DNA of 64,000 bases, taken from Myxococcota bacterium. Lineage in GTDB: Bacteria; Myxococcota_A; UBA9160; JAFDDA01. The translations under genes and the position numbers were made by a program. Below the pieces are notes generated by a model. The model made no database searches and had not been told where the DNA came from. It worked only from the letters and a program-made list of their open reading frames with translations. Below are positions 30,571-39,279 of the stretch, piece by piece; positions within the stretch are counted from its first letter, which is position 1; each line of letters begins with the position of its first letter. Where the stretch lies: positions 4,032,001 through 4,096,000 of the forward strand of contig OZ245817.1 in NCBI GenBank assembly GCA_965228475.1. Direction: 5' to 3'.

Positions 30571-31809
30571 ATGATGCGACGAATCGTGGTCACGGGGCTC
30601 GCTTCCATCGTGCTCGTCGGCGTGCTGCTGGCGGTGACCCAGCCGCGCGCCGTGCGGCGGGCCGTCTTCATGGGGACGATGTTCCAGGGCGTCGACATGA
30701 CGGACGAGTTCGCGGACATGGCGTCGCTCTTCCCGACGCACCCCGTCCGCACCACGCGGCCCGAGCCGCTCCCTACGGCCGCAACACGGCTCGAGCTTCC
30801 CGAAACCTACGATTGGAACGGCGAGCCCGCCGACCTCCGGGCGTTCCTCGAAGGAACGGACACGAGCGGGCTGCTGGTGCTCGTCGATGGCGAGATCGTC
30901 CACGAGGAGTACCGGCTGACCTCGGGCCCCGAGGTCACCTGGATTTCCTGGTCCGTCGCGAAGAGCTTCATCTCCGCGCTGGTCGGGATCGCCCTCGCCG
31001 AGGGCCGCTTCGAGAGCGTCGAAGAGCCCATCACGAAGTACGTGCCGGAGCTCGCCGGCTCGGCCTACGACGGCGTGCGCATCAAGGACGTCCTGCAGAT
31101 GTCGAGCGGTGCACGCTGGAACGAGGACTACGGCAGCCCGACGAGCGACATCACGCGATTCGGCGCGGCGATCGTCTTCGGCGGTTCCCAGGACGACTTC
31201 AGCGCCAGTCTCGAGCGCGAGTTCGAGCCGGGCACCTACAACCGCTACAACAGCACGGACACCCAGGCCCTCGGCATGCTGCTCGTCCGCATCACGGGCC
31301 AGACCATCGCCGAGTACATGGAAGCCAGGCTCTGGCAGCCGCTCGGCATGGAGCAGGACGCCTACTGGATCACCGACGACCCGGGCATGGAGCTCGCCTT
31401 CGGCGGCCTGAACGCGACCCTCCGCGACTACGCCCGCTTCGGCGAGCTCTACCGCCGCGGCGGCGAATGGAACGGGAAGCAGGTCGTTCCCGCCGATTGG
31501 GTGCGCGCCTCGGTCACCGCCGACGCGCCGCACCTCCAGCCCGGCGAGAACCCGCTCTCCGGGTGGGTGCTCGGCTACGGCTACCAGTGGTGGCTCCCCG
31601 AGACCGACGAAGGCGAGTTCTCGGCCATCGGCGTCTACAACCAGTTCGTGTACGTGAACCCGGCCCGGGGCGTCGTGATCGCCAAGACCTCGGCGAACCG
31701 GGCCTACGGCAAGGACGAATCGACGGACCGGGAGATGGAGACCTTCGCCGCCTTCCACGCCATCGCCGAGCGCGCGGCGCCGCGCCGGGACGGAGCCGCC
31801 GCGCGCTGA
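30571..31809 (+). CDS. Serine hydrolase of the class C beta-lactamase/NylB-like family
   Basis: SWSVAKS (SxxK), YNS, LRDYARFG, YGYQWW; hydrophobic N-terminus. Confidence 0.9.
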   Translation: MMRRIVVTGLASIVLVGVLLAVTQPRAVRRAVFMGTMFQGVDMTDEFADMASLFPTHPVRTTRPEPLPTAATRLELPETYDWNGEPADLRAFLEGTDTSGLLVLVDGEIVHEEYRLTSGPEVTWISWSVAKSFISALVGIALAEGRFESVEEPITKYVPELAGSAYDGVRIKDVLQMSSGARWNEDYGSPTSDITRFGAAIVFGGSQDDFSASLEREFEPGTYNRYNSTDTQALGMLLVRITGQTIAEYMEARLWQPLGMEQDAYWITDDPGMELAFGGLNATLRDYARFGELYRRGGEWNGKQVVPADWVRASVTADAPHLQPGENPLSGWVLGYGYQWWLPETDEGEFSAIGVYNQFVYVNPARGVVIAKTSANRAYGKDESTDREMETFAAFHAIAERAAPRRDGAAAR

Positions 31810-31819
31810 TCCCGGCCCG

Positions 31820-32377
31820 CTAGTCGAGCGGAAGGATGATGTTGCGGAGCTTCCAGGAGAGCCCGTACCGCGCGAGCACGAAGTGGAGTTCTTCGCCGTC
31901 CTCGGTCGGGACGTAGATCGAGAACCGGTCGAAGGAGTCGCGCTGGTGGCGGGCGTTCGCGAAGAGCTCGGGCTCGTCTTCCTCGCCGGCGCTCCCGGTG
32001 CCTCCGGGGGCCGGCTCCGGCTCCGGCGAACGGGGGCCCGGCGGCAGGCTCGGCGTCGGTTCTTCTCCCCGGGCCATGGACGCGATCGCCGCCGGCGTGA
32101 GGAACGCCTCGAGCAGGCCGTCCACCACCAGCGAACCGATCCCCATCGCGAAGGCCTTGAGCGGGCCCTCGTTGGCCGCGCCCGCGAGCAGCTTCGCGCG
32201 CAGCTGCTCGCCGAGGTTGTCACGCAGCACCGGGAAGTCCACGCGCTCCTCGATCGCCACCGCATCGCCCGCGTCGAGCGCCTCGCGCAGATCCCGCGCC
32301 GCCAGGAACGGCGCCGCCCACAGGTACCCCCCGACGACCGCCGCCAGGACCAGCAAGACGAAGAACGCTCTCTTCAT
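31820..32377 (-). CDS. DUF2939-like protein
   Basis: GGYLWAAPFLA...GDAVAIEERVDFPVLRDNL...GLSWKLRNI. Confidence 0.75.
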   Translation of the reverse strand: MKRAFFVLLVLAAVVGGYLWAAPFLAARDLREALDAGDAVAIEERVDFPVLRDNLGEQLRAKLLAGAANEGPLKAFAMGIGSLVVDGLLEAFLTPAAIASMARGEEPTPSLPPGPRSPEPEPAPGGTGSAGEEDEPELFANARHQRDSFDRFSIYVPTEDGEELHFVLARYGLSWKLRNIILPLD

Positions 32378-32468
32378 GGAACCCTCCAGGCCCTTGGGGC
32401 CGGCCCGAAGGTAACGGACGCGCGAGCTCGGCTGGCCGACCCGGATCCGCGCTAGTGTCGCCGGCGCT

Positions 32469-32909
32469 GTGTTCGAGATCGATCACGTCCTGCGCGTCGA
32501 GGCGCCCGCGGAGACCGTCTGGCGGGTGATCACGGACTTCGACGCCTACCCGGAGTGGAACCCCTTCGTGGTGGGGTGCGCTTCGACGCTCGTTCCCGGG
32601 GATCCGATCGACATGCGGGTCGCGCTGGTCGGCCCGGTGATGCGACAGCGGGAGACGATCTTCGAGCACGAGCCCGGGCGGCGCATGGGCTACGGCCTCG
32701 CGCCGAACTTCACCGGGGCACTCGCCAGCAACCGGACCCACGAGGTCGAAGCCCTCGGACCGGCGAGCAGCGAATACCGCTCACACTTCGAGCTCTCGGG
32801 GTGGCTGTCGCCGCTGGTGCGCGGGCTGCTCGGCAGCCGACTCGAAGCCGGTTTCGCGGCCATGAGCGAGGGGATCCGGGCGCGCGCGGAGTCGCTCGCG
32901 AAGCGCTAG
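32469..32909 (+). CDS. SRPBCC (polyketide cyclase/START-like) family protein
   Basis: EAPAETVWRVITDFDAYPEWNPF...MSEGIRARAES. Confidence 0.85.
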   Translation: MFEIDHVLRVEAPAETVWRVITDFDAYPEWNPFVVGCASTLVPGDPIDMRVALVGPVMRQRETIFEHEPGRRMGYGLAPNFTGALASNRTHEVEALGPASSEYRSHFELSGWLSPLVRGLLGSRLEAGFAAMSEGIRARAESLAKR

Positions 32910-32925
32910 CGCCTCGGCGCCGCCG

Positions 32926-33525
32926 CTAGAGCGGCAGCCAGGAGAAGCCCTCGCCCTTGCGGTAGAAGACGCGGAGCGCCCGGGCGTAGACCGCCTCCTC
33001 CTCGACGAAGCCGAAGAAGCGGCCGTCGCGGCTGTTGCCGCGGGCATCGCCGACCATGAGCAGATGGCCCTCGGGCACGGTGGTCGGGTTGAGATCCGGC
33101 CCGCCGCCGTGGATCAGGTTCAAGCGCACGTCGGGGCCTTCGGGAAAGTGCTCGAGGCCCGGGCGCGCCGGGTCCGAGAGCGGCTGGTCGTTCAGGACGA
33201 GCCGCCCGCCCTTCATCGCCACGCGGTCGCCGGCGACCGCCACGACGCGCTTCACGAGCCGCGTGCCGCTCTCGGGCGAGTCGAAGATCACGACGTCGCC
33301 GCGCTCGGGGGAGTGGTCGCCGCCGAGCTCGATGTTGCTGTACGGCAGGCGCAGGCCGTAGGCGGTCTTGCTCACGAAGACCCGGTCGCCGGGCATGAGG
33401 TTCGGCTCCATGCTCCCGGTCGGGACGACGTAGTGGTCCGCGAAGGATCCCCGCGCCACCACGACGAAGGCGATCACGAGGATGAGCGAAGCATTCTCGC
33501 GAAGCAGCTTGCGAATGCGATCCAA
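32926..33525 (-). CDS. lepB: Signal peptidase I
   Basis: VPTGSMEPNL, VKRVVAVAGD, GDARGNSRDGR; AGGAG SD then TTG at 33525. Confidence 0.92.
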   Translation of the reverse strand: MDRIRKLLRENASLILVIAFVVVARGSFADHYVVPTGSMEPNLMPGDRVFVSKTAYGLRLPYSNIELGGDHSPERGDVVIFDSPESGTRLVKRVVAVAGDRVAMKGGRLVLNDQPLSDPARPGLEHFPEGPDVRLNLIHGGGPDLNPTTVPEGHLLMVGDARGNSRDGRFFGFVEEEAVYARALRVFYRKGEGFSWLPL

Positions 33526-33533
33526 GACGTCTC

Positions 33534-35441
33534 CTAGGGAAGCCGGTCGAGCCGCAGCGCGACGTCGCGCCGGAAGCTCGGCACCTCGACCGTGGGCGGC
33601 CCCTTCACCGGGGGCGCCACGAGGCCCGCGGGCGCGAGGATCGCACCACTCCACGGATCGATCCACCACCCGGCCCAGGTTCCCCCGCGCTGCAACGGGA
33701 GGACGAGGCTCGCCCCGGAGACCTCCGAGAGATCCGGCGAGTAGTACTGGTGCGCGCCGTTCTTCAGCCACGCCAGGACCGTGTCCTTGCCCGAGTAGAC
33801 GTAGGCGGAGACGTCCGCCGCCCCGTCCACCGGTTCGATCGAGTGGCGGAAGCGCTCTTCGGGGAAGTCCACGCCCTGGACGAGCCGGGCGAGCGGCGTG
33901 AGGTGGAAGTACCAGTCCTGCGGGTCGACCACGGAGTCCCACCACCAGGACATCCCCGTCCCGATCCCGCCGCCGAAGAAGCCGGCCCAGACGACGTCGT
34001 GGAAGCCGTCGCCGCCCGGGTCCTCCGCGAGGGTCTCCGGGCCGCCGCGGAAGTCGATGCCGGTCTCGGCCACGAGCACGGGCTTCCCGAACTGCGCCAT
34101 CCGCCCGATGAGCTGCGCGAGGGTCGCCGCGGTCGGGACCTGCACGTTCCAGCCGGAGATCTGATAGGAGTGGAGCTGCACGAAGTCGATCTCGGGCAGC
34201 TCCCAGACGGGCGCGTACTCGAGCGGGAACGTCTCGATGGGCGAGCTCCCGACCCAGGCCGTGAAGGTCATCAGCTCGTCGCTGGTGCTGGTGGTGACGA
34301 GGTGGCGGTTCGGATCGAGCCGCTTGAGCTCCCGGGCCATCTCGCGGTGCCAGGCCACGACCGGCGCGAGGTCCTCGGGCTGATCCGTGAGATCGACCTC
34401 GTTCCACAGCTCCCACGCCATGACGTTCGGCGAGTGCCCGTAGCGGGCGACCACGTAGCGCAGGTAGCGGCGGAAGATCTCGCGGGCGGTCTCGTCGTGG
34501 AAGAAGTCGCGCGGTTCGGCCAGGGGGCCGCCGTTCGCCGCGTTGTAGAGGTTGCTCCCCCAGCCGGAGCCGAAGAAGTCGTCGAGGTCGAAGGGGCCGT
34601 GGTTCTGGACCGAGAGCATGACGTAGACGTCGTGCTCCCGGGCGAGCTCGAGGACGCGGTCGAGCTGCCAGACCCGGTCGAGCCTCGCCGTCCAGTCTTC
34701 CAGCGTCGCCGGGGCGTAGACCAGGCCCATGTCCCAGCTCGGCATCCAGAGGCGGATGTAGTTCCCGCCCGCCGCGGCGAGCTTCGGGATCCACTCCTCG
34801 TAGAGCGCGAGGCGCCGGTTCGACCAGGACATGTTCTCGCCGACGGGAACGAAGGGCGTGCCGTCGTCGAAGACCAGGTAGCGCGGGTCCTTCTCGGAGC
34901 GGCGGATGAAGCCGAGCCCGGGGCGGCCGAGCGGAGCCTGGCCGCCCAGCGTGCTCTCGCCGGGGACGTCCTGACGGCGGCGGATGTGCCCGGTCGACGC
35001 CGGCGGCGCCGGACCCACGACGAAGCGCTCCCACTCGTGGACTTTCTCCGAAGCGCTCGCCTGCTCCCGGTCCTGCGTCGCGTGCAGCCAGCGCCAGCGC
35101 CACTCGCCCGGGACCGTGGGCGTGAAGCGAACCCGCCACTCCTGCGGGCCGACCGCGGTACGGCGCTCCTCGCCGCCGGGCAGGATCTCCCGCTCGTAGT
35201 CCTGGTAGACGAAGCCCGGAGTGCGGACGACGCGGCCGCCGGGCTCGCGGAACTCCGCGTCCACCCGGACCTGGTTCGGATCGAAGGGGTTCTCGGGCCC
35301 GACGGGGACCGGAAGCGTCCGCTCGAAGGTCTCGTAGACCTCCAGATCGGCCGGGCCGGTGGGCACGCAGGCGGGCCCGAGCCAGAGTACGCCGATGATC
35401 CAAAACCAGAGCAAACCGGGCGACTTCCGCAGTTTCGGCAT
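33534..35441 (-). CDS. DUF5060-domain / GH5-like glycoside hydrolase, probable lipoprotein
   Basis: Lipobox-like LGPAC, NPFDP...WRVRFTP...GEW (DUF5060-like), AWELWNE (acid/base), PVLVAETG (nucleophile). Confidence 0.8.
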   Translation of the reverse strand: MPKLRKSPGLLWFWIIGVLWLGPACVPTGPADLEVYETFERTLPVPVGPENPFDPNQVRVDAEFREPGGRVVRTPGFVYQDYEREILPGGEERRTAVGPQEWRVRFTPTVPGEWRWRWLHATQDREQASASEKVHEWERFVVGPAPPASTGHIRRRQDVPGESTLGGQAPLGRPGLGFIRRSEKDPRYLVFDDGTPFVPVGENMSWSNRRLALYEEWIPKLAAAGGNYIRLWMPSWDMGLVYAPATLEDWTARLDRVWQLDRVLELAREHDVYVMLSVQNHGPFDLDDFFGSGWGSNLYNAANGGPLAEPRDFFHDETAREIFRRYLRYVVARYGHSPNVMAWELWNEVDLTDQPEDLAPVVAWHREMARELKRLDPNRHLVTTSTSDELMTFTAWVGSSPIETFPLEYAPVWELPEIDFVQLHSYQISGWNVQVPTAATLAQLIGRMAQFGKPVLVAETGIDFRGGPETLAEDPGGDGFHDVVWAGFFGGGIGTGMSWWWDSVVDPQDWYFHLTPLARLVQGVDFPEERFRHSIEPVDGAADVSAYVYSGKDTVLAWLKNGAHQYYSPDLSEVSGASLVLPLQRGGTWAGWWIDPWSGAILAPAGLVAPPVKGPPTVEVPSFRRDVALRLDRLP

Positions 35442-35603
35442 GGGCCCATCCTAGGACACGGCGGGCCCCGCCGGGCGCCAATCCATGACGCGGAGCGTGG
35501 GAAAACACCCATAGCGCAGCGCAGCATCCGGATGGGGAGGTCCAGGGTCTAACACCATGAAACCAAAGACATTAGCCAGATGCCGCGGCGCGTCCTTCGC
35601 CCC

Positions 35604-35631
35604 TTGACGCGATGACGCGACGTGTTAAGTT
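35604..35631 (+). promoter_or_regulatory. Sigma70-type promoter of the phasin-like gene
   Basis: TTGACG-N16-TAAGTT with TG extension; tandem TGACGCGA repeat (35605-35620) overlaps the -35 and spacer. Confidence 0.55.
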
Positions 35632-35711
35632 CTGGGGCGTTCAACCCGAAGGATCACGCCAGAACGATCTGGCGCACGGCCTTAGAGACAACCGAGCGAA
35701 GGAGCATTCCC

Positions 35712-36119
35712 ATGATGGAACAAGCCCAGAACATCGTCGACGAAGGCGTCGACCGCGTCCAGGACGCCATGAAGTCCGCGGACAAGGAATTCCAGAAGGT
35801 GCAGCGCCGCGTGAAGACCCAGCGCCGCACGATCGAGCGCCGCATCGAGAGCCAGCGCAAGAGCTTCGAGAAGGCCGCCCAGAAGCAGATCAAGGGCTTC
35901 GAGAAGGCCGCGCAGAAGCAGATCAACGCGATCCGCAAGACGGACCTCGTGAAGCGCGTCGAGTCCCTCGGCACCGACGTCCAGGAGCAGGTCGAGAGCG
36001 GCATCGAGTCCGTGCTCTCGCTGCTCCAGATCGCGTCCAAGAGCGACGTGAAGCGCGTCGATCGCAAGCTCGCCCGCATCTCCAAGAGACTGAAGGAACT
36101 GGAAGCCCCGCAGGCCTAG
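35712..36119 (+). CDS. Phasin/PHA granule-associated-like coiled-coil protein
   Basis: AAGGAG SD; helical, with C-terminal LQIASKSDVKRVDRKLARISKRL typical of PhaF/PhaI-like proteins; own terminator. Confidence 0.65.
   Translation: MMEQAQNIVDEGVDRVQDAMKSADKEFQKVQRRVKTQRRTIERRIESQRKSFEKAAQKQIKGFEKAAQKQINAIRKTDLVKRVESLGTDVQEQVESGIESVLSLLQIASKSDVKRVDRKLARISKRLKELEAPQA
35863..35926 (+). repeat. 33-bp-period tandem duplication inside the phasin-like gene
   Basis: GCTTCGAGAAGGCCGC(C/G)CAGAAGCAGATCAA at 35863-35893 and 35896-35926, encoding FEKAAQKQI twice. Confidence 0.9.
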
Positions 36120-36141
36120 AGCGACCTTCGTCTCCACTCCG

Positions 36142-36180
36142 AGAAGCCCAGCGGTCCCCCCGCTGGGCTTCTTTCTGTTT
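36142..36180 (+). terminator. Intrinsic terminator
   Basis: AGAAGCCCAGCG/CGCTGGGCTTCT stem followed by TTCTGTTT. Confidence 0.85.
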
Positions 36181-36227
36181 GGGCCCGGGCCTGTGCTTTA
36201 CTGCCGGGCGCAGCCCAAGGAGCCCCC

Positions 36228-37394
36228 ATGCCGGATTTCAGCGGCCTCGACTTCCTCCGCCTCGACGAAGAATTCACCGACGAAGAGATCATGGCGCGCA
36301 ACGCCGTGCGCGAGTTCGTCAGCAAGGAGTTCCTGCCGGTCATCCAGGAGCACGTGCGGCAGGACGGTTCCTTCCCGATGGAGCTCGTCCCGCGCATCGC
36401 GGAGCTCGGCCTCTTCGGTCCGAACCTCCACGGCTACGGCTGCGCCGGCATGAGCAACGTCGGCTACGGCCTCGTCATGCAGGAGCTCGAGCGCGGCGAT
36501 TCGGGCCTGCGCTCCTTCGCCTCGGTGCAGAGCAGCCTCGTCATGTACCCGATCCACACCTACGGCTCCGACGAACAGAAGGACCGCTGGCTCCCGGCGC
36601 TGTGCTCGGGCGAGGCGATCGGCTGCTTCGGCCTGACCGAGCCGGACTTCGGCAGCCACATCGGCGCCATGCGCACCCAGGCCATCCGCAAAGACGGCGG
36701 CTGGGTGCTGAACGGCACGAAGCGCTGGATCACCAACGGCACGCTCTCCCACGTGGCGCTCGTCTGGGCCCGCACCGAAGAGGGCGTGCGCGGCTTCCTC
36801 GTCCCGACGGACCGCAAGGGCTTCGAAGCCCGCGACATCAAGGGCAAGTTCTCCCTGCGCGGCTCGGTGACGAGCGAGCTCTTCTTCTCCGACGTCGAGC
36901 TCTCGGACGACGAGGTCCTGCCGAACGTCCAGGGCATGAAGGGCCCGCTCTCGTGCCTGACCCAGGCGCGCTACGGCATCGCCTGGGGCGTGCTCGGCGC
37001 GGCGATGGCCTGCTACGAGGAGGCCTTGAACTACTCGCTCGAGCGCGAGGTCGCCGGCGGCCCGCTCGCCGGCAAGCAGCTCACCCAGATGAAGCTCGTC
37101 GAGATGGCCACGGAGATCACCAAGGGCCAGCTCCTCGCCCTGCGCGTCGGCCGGATCAAGGACGCCGGCAAGCTCGAGCACGCCATGGTCAGCATGATCA
37201 AGCGCAACAACGTCGACGTCTCCCTGAAGATCGCCCGAGAAGCCCGCGACCTGCTCGGCGCCAACGGCATCGTCGACGACTACCAGTCCATGCGCCACAT
37301 GGTGAACCTCGAGACCGTGCGCACCTACGAAGGCACCCACGACGTCCACACCCTGATCCTCGGCGAGCACCTCACCGGTCTGCGAGCGCTCTGA
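36228..37394 (+). CDS. gcdH: Glutaryl-CoA dehydrogenase-like acyl-CoA dehydrogenase
   Basis: ELERGDSGLRSFASVQSSLVMYPI, GCFGLTEPD, GPLSCLTQARYGIAWG, LLGANGI, TYEGTHDVH. Confidence 0.85.
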   Translation: MPDFSGLDFLRLDEEFTDEEIMARNAVREFVSKEFLPVIQEHVRQDGSFPMELVPRIAELGLFGPNLHGYGCAGMSNVGYGLVMQELERGDSGLRSFASVQSSLVMYPIHTYGSDEQKDRWLPALCSGEAIGCFGLTEPDFGSHIGAMRTQAIRKDGGWVLNGTKRWITNGTLSHVALVWARTEEGVRGFLVPTDRKGFEARDIKGKFSLRGSVTSELFFSDVELSDDEVLPNVQGMKGPLSCLTQARYGIAWGVLGAAMACYEEALNYSLEREVAGGPLAGKQLTQMKLVEMATEITKGQLLALRVGRIKDAGKLEHAMVSMIKRNNVDVSLKIAREARDLLGANGIVDDYQSMRHMVNLETVRTYEGTHDVHTLILGEHLTGLRAL

Positions 37395-37486
37395 AGCGGG
37401 GGGCGTGGCCGCGGCCGGGGCGAATCCCCCACTTCCGTGCGATGCCCCGATTTCAGTCATGCCGGTGAGTTGCCGATCTTCTGCGC

Positions 37487-38398
37487 ATGACGAATCGAGC
37501 GTTCTGGGCGGCCCTGCTGACCTTCCTCGCCACGGGCTGCGTGCATCACACGCAGACCCAGGTCGAGTACGACCCGGTCGACGTGCGCAGCCGGACGGAT
37601 CTGGTCGGGCTGACGGCGCGGCAGTTCGGCTTCGAGCGCGCCCGGCCGGAGATGCTCGACCTCCCGGTCCACCTCGCCTTCGCCTGGGTGCGCGACACGC
37701 GCGCGTTTCCCCACTTCTACGGGACGGACCAGGGGCGCCTGTCCGGGGTCGAACGTCAGGAGCTCTCGGACGTCCTCGGCGCGCGGCTGAACTCCCCGCC
37801 CTTCGCACCGGTGACGCGGATCCCCGCGCCGGCCGCTTCGGGCGGCCCGTCCCCGCTGGCCGTTCCCGCGATGCCGGTCGCCAGCGCGACGCGGCGTGCC
37901 GCCCGCACCGGGAAGCGCCTCGGCGCGGACGTCGTGATCGTCGTCCAGACCCGAAGCGAGGAACTCACGGAGCGGAACCTGCTCTGGCCGGTCGCGAAGA
38001 TCGACCCGTCGAGCCGCATCGTCCCGGGCGAAGACCTCTCGGTGCACGTCCGCGCGGAAGCCTGCGCGGTCTGGGCCGAGCGCGGCGCCCTGATCGAGTG
38101 CCGGGAGGCGACGGGGGATGCCTTCCAGCCCTGGGTCTCGGGGCTCCAGACCGAGGTGATCTTCGCCGACCTCCGCCAGCGCGCCCTCGCCGACGCCCTC
38201 ACCGAGGTAGCCGACGAGATGGTGACGACGCTGCTTCCGCTGACGGCCCCGCCGGAGCTCCGTCCGGAGGACGCGGACGCCGCGATGCCGCCCGAGCCTT
38301 CTCAGGCTCCCGCCGCGGGAACACCCGAAGCCTCGGACGTCAGCCTTCGGTCCGGGCCTTCCGAATCGCCTCGGCGACGCGCCCCTCGGAACTCCTGA
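37487..38398 (+). CDS. Hypothetical lipoprotein
   Basis: Lipobox LATGC; LDLPVHLAFAWV and AARTGKRLGADVVIVV loosely recall rhombotarget-type lipoproteins; Pro/Ala-rich tail overlaps the murQ 3' end by 59 bp. Confidence 0.6.
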   Translation: MTNRAFWAALLTFLATGCVHHTQTQVEYDPVDVRSRTDLVGLTARQFGFERARPEMLDLPVHLAFAWVRDTRAFPHFYGTDQGRLSGVERQELSDVLGARLNSPPFAPVTRIPAPAASGGPSPLAVPAMPVASATRRAARTGKRLGADVVIVVQTRSEELTERNLLWPVAKIDPSSRIVPGEDLSVHVRAEACAVWAERGALIECREATGDAFQPWVSGLQTEVIFADLRQRALADALTEVADEMVTTLLPLTAPPELRPEDADAAMPPEPSQAPAAGTPEASDVSLRSGPSESPRRRAPRNS

Positions 38399-39218
38399 GG
38401 AGCTCGTCCGCCCGCGCCGGCTCGACGCCGGCGAGCTCGCACACGATCCGGCGCGCACGCTGACGCAGTTTCTCCGAGACGGGGTTCAGGTGCGTCATGC
38501 GGTTGCCTTCGACGCGGCCCAGCCGGACCATCGTGGTCGTCGAGAGCAGGTGGAGCATCATCTTCTGGGCGAGCCCGCCCTTCATGCGGGTCGAACCCGC
38601 GATCACCTCGGGCCCGACGGCCAGCACGAGCGCGGTCTCCGCGCGCTTCGCGAGGTCCGAGTCCGGGTCGCAGGTGATGGCGATCCGGCGTGCGCCGACC
38701 TCCGCCGCCGCTTCGAGCCCGGCGAGTGCGAAGGGCGTGCGGCCGCTGGCCGAGATCGCCACGACGGCGTCCTTCTGGCAGAGGGCCCGATCGGCGAGCT
38801 CGCGCTTCGCGGCGGCGGCGTCGTCCTCGGCGCCTTCGATCGATCGCACCAGCGCCTCGGGCCCGCCGGCGACCACCGCCTGCACGCACTCGGGCGACAT
38901 GCCGAAGGTCGGCGGGATCTCGGCGGCGTCGAGCGCCCCCATGCGGCCGCTCGTGCCCGCGCCGACGTTGAACCAGCGCCCCCCGCTGCCGAGCGCCTCG
39001 ACGAGCGCCTCGACGGCCCGGGCGGCCGCCGGCAGCGCGGCCTTCACCGCCGAGAGCGCCTTCCCGTCCTCCGCGTGGATCAGGGCGAGCACCTCTTCCA
39101 CGGGCAGGCGGTCGAGGTCGGAGGAAGCCTTCAGCGCGGTCTCGGTCGGCGCCGCACCGTTGCCCGGCGTCCGGCCCGGAGTTCCCGGCCCCGCCCCGTT
39201 GTTCTCCCGCTCGGCCAT
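38340..39218 (-). CDS. murQ: N-acetylmuramic acid 6-phosphate etherase
   Basis: GAGTSGRMGALDAAEIPPTFG, EGAEDD, SASGRTPF, GPEVIAGSTRMK, KLRQRA. Confidence 0.93.
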   Translation of the reverse strand: MAERENNGAGPGTPGRTPGNGAAPTETALKASSDLDRLPVEEVLALIHAEDGKALSAVKAALPAAARAVEALVEALGSGGRWFNVGAGTSGRMGALDAAEIPPTFGMSPECVQAVVAGGPEALVRSIEGAEDDAAAAKRELADRALCQKDAVVAISASGRTPFALAGLEAAAEVGARRIAITCDPDSDLAKRAETALVLAVGPEVIAGSTRMKGGLAQKMMLHLLSTTTMVRLGRVEGNRMTHLNPVSEKLRQRARRIVCELAGVEPARADELLRSSEGRVAEAIRKARTEG

Positions 39219-39279
39219 GGCTTCCTTTCGGCCGGCGCCGGCTCGGATATGACCCCGGAAGCGTGGCTATCCTCTTGCC

